In this document: positions 55,781-64,000 of the stretch, piece after piece | Layout of the letters: each line of letters opens with the position of its first letter | How positions within the stretch are numbered: position 1 is the first letter of the stretch | Source of the DNA: Octopus vulgaris | Taxonomy: Eukaryota | Length of the DNA: 64,000 bases | Assembly (NCBI GenBank): GCA_951406725.2 | Contig: OX597818.1 | Location: forward strand, 104,098,001 to 104,162,000 | Reading direction: 5' to 3' | Translations under genes and position numbers: made by a program | The notes under the pieces: generated by a model | Told to the model about the DNA's origin: nothing | The model's input: the letters and a program-made list of their open reading frames with translations, nothing else | Databases searched by the model: none

Positions 55781-56142
55781 GGTGCAGCTGTGGCTATGTG
55801 GTAAGAAGTATGCTTCCCATCCACATTGTTTTAGGTTCACTTCTACTGTGTGGCACCTAAGGCAAGCATTTGGACGGACCAAAGCCTTGTGAGTGAATTT
55901 AGTAGACGGAAACTGAAAGGATCCCGTCCATCCTATATATGTATAGATACCAGTGTGTATCTTTATTTCTCCCCACCACCGATTCATAACCGGAATCTCT
56001 CCGTATCCTAGCGGTTTGGCCAAAGTGGCCGATAGAATAAGTACCAAGCTTTTAAAATAAGTATACTGGGATTAATTCATTCAACTGGAAATTCTTCAAG
56101 GCGGTGCCCCACCATGATGTCTGAAACAAGTAAATAATAAAA
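55781..56142 (+). mobile_element. SINE family A copy
   Basis: tggctatgtggtaagaag head, gaccaaagccttgtgagtg, agcggtttggccaaag, tctgaaacaagtaaa tail. Confidence 0.8.
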
Positions 56143-57372
56143 ACAGAAATAGAAGCCTGATCTTTACTCACGGATGCACAGAATAACAGCAATCATATAA
56201 CGACAGCGGTGTGCACGACAAACCTCAGCGATCCGACAGACGCCTGTACTCTTGACTGGAAATTCCAGTTAGTCTTCTACATCTACCAGGCTCGTTACAT
56301 CTACCGAATGACGCCCATGCCTTAGTTTGTGCTGTCAGATCTAATCAAAATGCTAAAGTTACAAAATGTCTTCAAATCTGCTCGACATTAATCTTGTTTT
56401 ATCTCGATCAGGCCACTGTGTGCACCTCAGTTTCTTTTACAAGATCTTGTATTATATATAGCAGGAATATTACGTGCGAAAAGAAACTTCACTTGCGCTG
56501 GTAGATCGTGATGTAACTATTTACAAACAGTAACGAACTGACATAAATAAATTGAGAAACAGAAGCATGGCTTCCATACAATGTAGATTTTAGAACTGAC
56601 AAAACGAAATTAAAGATATATCAATGAAGAGAAGAAGATAAAGAAAATTATTTAACACAACTTTCATTAGAAGTTACAAATGTTACTGTGCCATTTCAAC
56701 GCCAGTTTACGCGAAATTTCTAAACAAAAAATTACGTAATATTTGCGGTTTTGGGCATTGGAGAGGCGCTTTTTCAGGCTTGCATCAGAGGCGTGCTATT
56801 ATATTGGGCGTCTATCAGACGTTGTAAGGAAATAATTGGGGTGAAATAAAAGCAGAAGAAAATTAAAAGTATGTATACGGGATGAGCATGTGAGGAAGAC
56901 ATTATGCTGGGTGGGGAATCAAGAGGTTAGATACGTATAATGATAGGAGGGAGAAAGAGAAAGAGTGGGAGAAAAACGAATAGAAGGCGAAAGAGAAGTA
57001 GAAAGAGGAGAAGAGAAAGAAGAGCAGCTACAAAGGAAGAAGGAGAGGTAGATACAGTGGGCAGCGCTGCATATAGTAAAATGGCTCATCCAGTCGTATA
57101 CTGGCGTTGTGTCAGCCAATGCAAGGAGAACCACTGTTACCAAAATTCGTCCGATGGCGAATGATGTATTTGAACAGAGAGCGGGGTTATTCTGCAACAA
57201 CGTGAGGTGAAAAGATCTATTAAACAGACAACAAACAAGGGGAACTTTCTAGGTGCAATCCCATGGTCACTCATGGCCGAGGAGGTTTCTACCACTATAT
57301 ATATATATATACTTTCTGTCTACTATAGACACAAGAGTTGAGCTTATGTACTCTTGTGTGGTGCATATTTAC

Positions 57373-57427
<55 letters not shown>

Positions 57428-58879
57428 CATGCACACATAGACACGCACACACACACTCGCATATATATATATATATACATACATACATATGCGTATAGAT
57501 ATGAGTATAAGTTTGTTTGTAAGCGTATGCGGTATTTTACCAGCATACGACCTCCTCTTTCTCTGAGCGAATTAGATATCCTTACAGAGTCCTATACCCA
57601 CTGAGCTAATATCAACATCATTATGAAATCAATACATAGACTTTACCATAATATGACTTGCAGTATATAGTTTCATTTTCACAATTTTTTAGTATAGAAC
57701 AGAGTTCACTATGAATTTTATCATCAAATATCGATAAGAGTATGTCAATAATTAACAGACACAAATTTAATCGCTTCTATTAGATTTCAGTCTATTAGAT
57801 TTTGGCAGTGTTGCTAAGAATAAAATCAATATTACTTGCAGCAATTCAAGGGCTCTTTAGAGTAGAATATCAGTTTTGAATAGTGTTGGGAAGAGAGAGA
57901 ATGAACGAGAGGGGGCTGAGAGATATTGCCTCATTTTTTCGGTCCCTGATGGTAGACATTTCGCTTAACTTATGCAACAAGTGACATTTTGGCAAGTCGT
58001 GAACTTAACACTTCTTATCATAAACATATCCTTTGGGGTTAGCCAAAATGAAACCTGTATTTACATCATTACTTTTCAGTTTGTACGTTAATTTTTCGAA
58101 ATGGTTTCAACTCCCTTATCGTTTTCCAGTAAGCGCAAGGCCTTGTGCCAAATAAATAAATTAACATTCATCACTTTAGAGCGTTTTATATGCCGTAGAG
58201 CAAACATCATTTCATATCCCTTCATTATCACAGCAGTCATTTTACTGTCTGCATAATATAAGTCTGAATATCTATTGCAAATGAACTTTGATAATCGACA
58301 TCCGGAAAGAATTGACCATCACTTAATGAATCAAAGGCGGCTTAGGTTCACGGCGTTTGCTTAACGGTCTTGAAATTATATTACAGAGAACATTTTATTA
58401 GCATGACAAGCTAACATGATTCTTCTGCAGTTAAAATGATCTCCCGTACATTATTTATCCTCTTATAGATTACCTTAAATGAAAAACACAATCCTTCGCA
58501 TCATTCAACGCCAACGCTAGTGCCTTGGTAATCATTACCGGTGTATACTCTAATATAAGTATATGAACCTAGTTTTTGTTCATGCGGTGACTTCGCATCC
58601 TCACCACCAGACTTGACGACTCTGAAAAATATCCTTCACATTGTTCTTCATTTCCTCACTAAACCACGTGGAAGAATACAATGTCACAGTTGCTTAGAAG
58701 GAAAAACTTATTCTCAGCTGGTAGTTCAATACAACCACATGACAGCCATCTGCAGCCAGTTTGCAGCAGGAACAGCATCTTTTAATATCTCATTCTCGAG
58801 GTATGGCCATACTTATAGCACAATAGACATACTTCGAATCTGGTGAATGCTTTCAATGGAGGCACTTGAGTGGTTAAGG

Positions 58880-59335
58880 GTTGCTCCAGGCCAGGGTGGG
58901 TTTTGAACTCTAAACGCAAAGCATCTGAACTATAGAGACACCGCATCCTATCCGACGTTCTTACAGCTCCGTCCATCCACCAGCTAGAATCAGTACTTTT
59001 TATCGGCCCTTAAAAGATAAACAGCAACGCTGAACTCCACGCAGAACATAAAAAGTTCGGACAAATCCCTTCTTGTACTCTGTCCGCAGAGATAATAACT
59101 CAGCTATTAACAATCCTAGGACCTGAATGTCCAATACTGTCGGAATCCAAATCTCACTTCAAATTTCGGCAGAAGGTTCGCTGTTTTAGGACAGGTGGGG
59201 AATTTATTAGGTACTTATTTTTTGAAAAGTCAAATGGACCTCAGTGCAATATTAATTCAGATCGTGAAGAGCCGGACATTATATCACCAATCATTTTGTC
59301 CAACACAGTAGCGAGTCTGCTGGTTTGATGCCCTT
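58880..59335 (-). mobile_element. Cluster of diverged SINE family D fragments
   Basis: gtactttttatcggccc, tggacctcagtgcaat..cagatcgtgaagagccgga. Confidence 0.45.
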
Positions 59336-59362
59336 CTACGATGACAAAATATAGAAGTGGCT

Positions 59363-59753
59363 ATACAGTTCTGTATTTAAAAGATGAGGAATTATGTACA
59401 TTATTTACATTATTTACATTATTTACATCCGGCGGATAGTTGTCCTCATCTTGTTTGTTGTTAACACAGTATTATTTTTTTTTAAGTTAGTTGGTTTGAA
59501 AGACGAGTTAGATTTTCATGGAGTTTCTCTATATGTCTCCATTGAAGCCTAATGTCGGTTCCATACCGATTAGATAATACAGTTCTCTAGATAAGAGATG
59601 AGGAATTATGTACATTTTTTACATTATTTACATTCGACAGATATTTGTCCTCTTCTTGCTTGTTGTTAACAGTGTCCTCATCTTGTTTGTTGTTGACTGT
59701 TAACAAACAAGATGAGGACAAATACCCGTCAAATGTAAATAATATAAATAATG
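59363..59753. mobile_element. Composite Penelope-like insertion (tandem and inverted repeat 3' ends) with 13-bp target-site duplication
   Basis: Same family as 2941-3320. tatagaagtggct occurs at 59350-59362 and 59754-59766. Confidence 0.75.
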
Positions 59754-60992
59754 TATAGAAGTGGCTTCCGCAAAATATATTATTGTCTGCGGGAGATGCA
59801 CCACATATCATTTATAAATGATGATCGATGACAATATCTCGCTGAATCATAATAAATACGACATAATAAAAATATTAAATGAACAAGAATTAATTGCTAA
59901 TAATGATGACCTGCGCAGGTATATGCATAATTTTCGTCGATAACATTGTATAGCCAATGGAAACAATTGAAGCATATTATAACACCATATTATAACCGTA
60001 AGTGGTAATGAAAGTGAAAGTCATCTCCTCTGAATTTGAACTCATTAGAGTAGAATTTCGTTGGTTTATTGTCATTACTAACGCAACTTTACTCAAGAGT
60101 TTTGTAATGGCGGTGGGATCTGTTTAAGATTTAAATAAATAACAGATTAACAAAACAGGATTTACTCCATCACCTCGCACGTGTCAGCTATAACATTAAC
60201 AATGCGCGCTTTCTAATCTTATAACATGATTATTTTAGATTTCCAGTTCAGATAACTGAAATTTAAGAAGAAAACAAACTTATCTTGTGTTCTCAAGTAG
60301 ATAAATGTTGTGAAATATATTTTAAAACATTAAATCTATGCTTCTCTTTCAGACAATACGCAGGAAGTAGAAGAGAACAATAGTTTATTAAAACTATTTG
60401 TAATTCTAAACAAATAAAAGGAAAACTAATCTTTTTAAAAAAAAAATATAGTTTATTCTTTCCCATTATACACCACATCAATGGCCGACAAAAATACGGA
60501 TGTATGTATATGTGTGTGGAGGGGGTGTCTGAGTGCGTGAGTTTGTATGTATGTGTATACATACAATTACATATACTTATGTATAAATGAAGATATGTGT
60601 ATAAACATACATATATATGTGGGTGGGTGTGTGTGTGTGTTTATACAAATAAATATGTATATAAACATATGTATGCTTCAATAAATATATAACATATATA
60701 TTCGTATATCTATATATAGTTAAATGTATGTATGAACATATATATATATATATAAACATTTGCCTAATATATCCGTGCACGTAACCATATGGCATGTGTA
60801 GCTTGTATACAACGTTTTGCATGTGAGTGTAAAAGTGAGGGAAAGAACATAAAATAAGCAAATAGTATCCTGAGTGGAAGGAAAATTTCCAATAATCTCT
60901 GAAATATGTATTTGCATTTGTTTCCTTTATTTCTAACTTTGTCTTAACGTTAATTATTGAGATATTAATACTTGTTATTAAAATTATCTTCG

Positions 60993-61059
<67 letters not shown>

Positions 61060-61220
61060 TGATGATGATGATAATGATGATGATGATCATGATGATGATT
61101 ATTATCATGATGATGATCATGATGATGCTCATGATGATCATGATGGTGATGATCATGATGATGAAGATCATGATGATGATGATCATGATGATGATGATCA
61201 TGGTGATGAGGATGATGATG
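60993..61220. repeat. (AAT)n grading into (GAT/CAT)n microsatellite
   Basis: Visible directly; source of the poly-I and poly-M ORFs. Confidence 0.95.
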
Positions 61221-61227
61221 GTAAATT

Positions 61228-61595
61228 TCCTGATGCAGTGGCTTTCGTGGCTTCTGTTCATGATTGGAATTGTTATCATATACATTGTTTTGTCTTGGTA
61301 TTAAAGATGGTCTACAGCAAGTATTCTGGTCAGTACCAAAGCTTTATTTTTTCTGTTGTTTGAGCGTAAACAGGTGATCTTTTCCCTTAGTGGCTGACGA
61401 TGTGTGTATCACTGATCATGAGGGGGGGTTAGGGGAACATCATAGCCCTGTGTTGAGAATAATTTATTTGGGGTTTGAATAATTCACATCTGAAAATAGG
61501 GATGTTTAATTTATTATCCTTAAGCAAAACCTTTTGAGCGGGACGGGCTACTCAACATGAAGAAAAACCTCTTACTGGGTCCCACCTGCAAGGGT
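61228..61595. repeat. Second, inverted copy of the ~400-bp repeat at 34735-35145
   Basis: cccttagtggctgacgat, cttttgagcggga.ggg.tactc, actggg.cccacctgcaagg. Confidence 0.75.
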
Positions 61596-61612
61596 TGTCA
61601 AGCGGTTCATAT

Positions 61613-61694
<82 letters not shown>

Positions 61695-61738
61695 TAATGC
61701 AATACGAGAGTATTGTACCATATATTTACTTCTATGTA

Positions 61739-61778
<40 letters not shown>

Positions 61779-62852
61779 CATACATATGGTATAATTAGAA
61801 ACAGGGCACATATTAGCCACTTCTCTGCAATCTAAAAAAGATGATGTACTACCTTAATCGATTTTCAAACCTTATTGGTTTCTCATCAGAGGCGTCTACT
61901 TTATTCTGACAGTCTCCAGAGAAACGATCAGCCAAACTGTAAATATACTCAACCAATGTAGCAAATGTTCATACCAAGAGTGTTTAACACTGTATGTTGG
62001 GTGTAAATCAAAGTCTCGTGAGTGGATTTGGTTGAGGGGAACTAAAAGAAGCCCCTGGTATATATATGTATATATACACAAGCATACATGGCTGAAAACA
62101 CAGAAAACAAACTAGAAAATGGGAGACAGAGAAAGTGGAGCGTAGATGTCCTTTTTCATCTGTATTTTTATGACCAGACTTCAGCTGATTACCAGAAAAG
62201 AATATATTTTGTTGTGGTCCCAATAACAATATCTAACAGGTTGTGATTTTACTCGGTGTTTGTTTTAAGCTTAAGTCCCATTAATATTTATTTTACCTAT
62301 CAGACTTTGTCGGTGTTTCCTATATTGTTATTCTCTTCCAGGCTGTTCTCCTCAATGCATCATAACTCATTATAAGTCAACAACAGGGAGATTTTCCTTT
62401 GCTGTTGTCACCAATGTGAATGATGACTTCTGTGTTGGTTCTACAGTGCGTATACGTCTGTACTTGAAAGAGAATTTGTATTTATACTGTGTGCGAAACT
62501 GCATATTCGTTTCAGAGGTTAGTGGCGAATGAATGCATTATATGTACGCATATACACAGCAATACCTTATATGTACGCATATACACAACGATACCTGATA
62601 AACACATATTAATATACACATGCAGATACCTATATACATATACGTGTTAGCACGTTTGCTTTTACAGTCACGACAAACACATTCGTAATCACGCACATGC
62701 CCATATTTTATGAGCATGATTGCATGTCATGAAATAACCGTTTAGATTTGAATAAACACGCGTTGTTTACAAACATTACGCGTCTACGTCAAGAAGACTG
62801 TGTTGAACCGCCGGATTCATGACTTACATGGATGACTGGTGGCCATACTATT

Positions 62853-62853
62853 G

Positions 62854-62930
<77 letters not shown>

Positions 62931-62953
62931 TGTCGTTGTTGTTGTTGTTGTCG
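62853..62953. repeat. (GTA)n(GTT)n microsatellite
   Basis: Visible directly. Confidence 0.95.
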
Positions 62954-63611
62954 TATCTTTTAGCCCTGAACTGAGATAGGCAATCCGATGTTCACTAGGT
63001 TACAATGACACATCCCTGCTAGACAGAGATGTTTTGTACCTAGAAAGAACTTATCTAACGCGTGCTTCATTAACTTAAGGCGTTTGCGAACTGCGTCACT
63101 TTTAATAGCAATCCAAATGACCGTCAAGCAATCGCCTTCTTAGCTCGGTGCGATTATTTTTATTTTATTTTATTTATTTATTATTTTATTTATCTGGTGG
63201 TGGAGGAGAACAGGGCGTGTTTTGAGGAACATTACGAGCGGGCGCTGAAAAAATCCTGACTTTAAGTGTACTGGGATAGGCCTTCTTGTAGGCCCAAGCT
63301 ACCGAGTTCTTCTCAACGGCTCAGAAAGATTGAATGTGCGCTACAATACGTATGTGAATCTGAGAGGGAATATGTTGTATAAATTCATATTTAACGGATT
63401 CTTCTGTATGTTTTTAGCCAGAGCCAGGAACCTTTCAGCATCTCTTCGTAGATTCATAAAATACTATGTCACATGTTCGTACAAGTAGTATATTTATATA
63501 AATCACTAAAAGAATGTTGACTAAATAAATCATGATCCCGCAGTCAGTTTATGAATGCTCTTGCCGACATAGCTTACAGCAGTCGTAAATATTTACATAT
63601 ATATCGCATAT

Positions 63612-63760
63612 AGGAGCATTCGTGTCTGTGCGCTAAGAAGTTTACCTGTCACCCACATGGTTCCAACTTCAGTCTCTAGGGCATGTGTCTTCTACTATAG
63701 CCTCGGGGCGACCAAGCCTTGTGAGAATACCTGGTAGACGGAAGCAGAAAGACGCCCGTC
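63612..63760 (+). mobile_element. SINE family A, 5' half
   Basis: ccacatggttcc..tgtcttctactatagcctcgggg.cgaccaagccttgtgag..gtagacggaa..gcccgtc. Confidence 0.75.
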
Positions 63761-63764
63761 ACAT

Positions 63765-63800
<36 letters not shown>

Positions 63801-63810
63801 GTGTGTGTGT

Positions 63811-63853
<43 letters not shown>

Positions 63854-64000
63854 TGTGTGTGTATGTATGTATGTTTTATGTACATATGTATGAATGTATA
63901 TATATATATATATATAATGTTTTTATTTTTCATTCCCTTCGCAATTTTATCCCTAGTAGTGGTTTCGAATTTAACTGTCCTCTCTAGCGTGCAAGGAATC

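Noticed and set aside
61880-61935. ctgacag..tctccaga-gaaacgatc motif, related to ~24420-24445, as a hammerhead
   Set aside because: The core does not match CUGANGA in either copy and stem I is absent.

Overview
AT-rich, repeat-saturated animal genomic DNA, probably intronic or intergenic. The repeat landscape (tRNA-derived SINEs with internal (TA)n/(CA)n tracts, dense microsatellites, mariner, Penelope and R4/Dong relics) is most consistent with an octopus-like cephalopod; this is inference only. The one long ORF (379-2712) is the RT plus restriction-like endonuclease ORF of an R4/Dong-type non-LTR retrotransposon ending in (TAA)n. Also present: decayed mariner and maT transposons, CR1, RTE, Penelope and second-family RLE LINE fragments, a Helitron 3' end, several SINE families and a tRNA-Cys pseudogene. 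No host protein-coding gene can be called with confidence, and nearly all short ORFs are microsatellite translations. Most notable: (i) several families of short repeats carrying minimal type I hammerhead ribozyme motifs in Penelope-like inverted/tandem arrangements, including a CUGUNGA core variant; (ii) a near-perfect 269-bp-arm palindrome with a 10-bp duplication; (iii) a pre-miRNA-sized hairpin; (iv) an RLE LINE apparently inserted in (TACA)n. Repeat boundaries were read by eye and are approximate.
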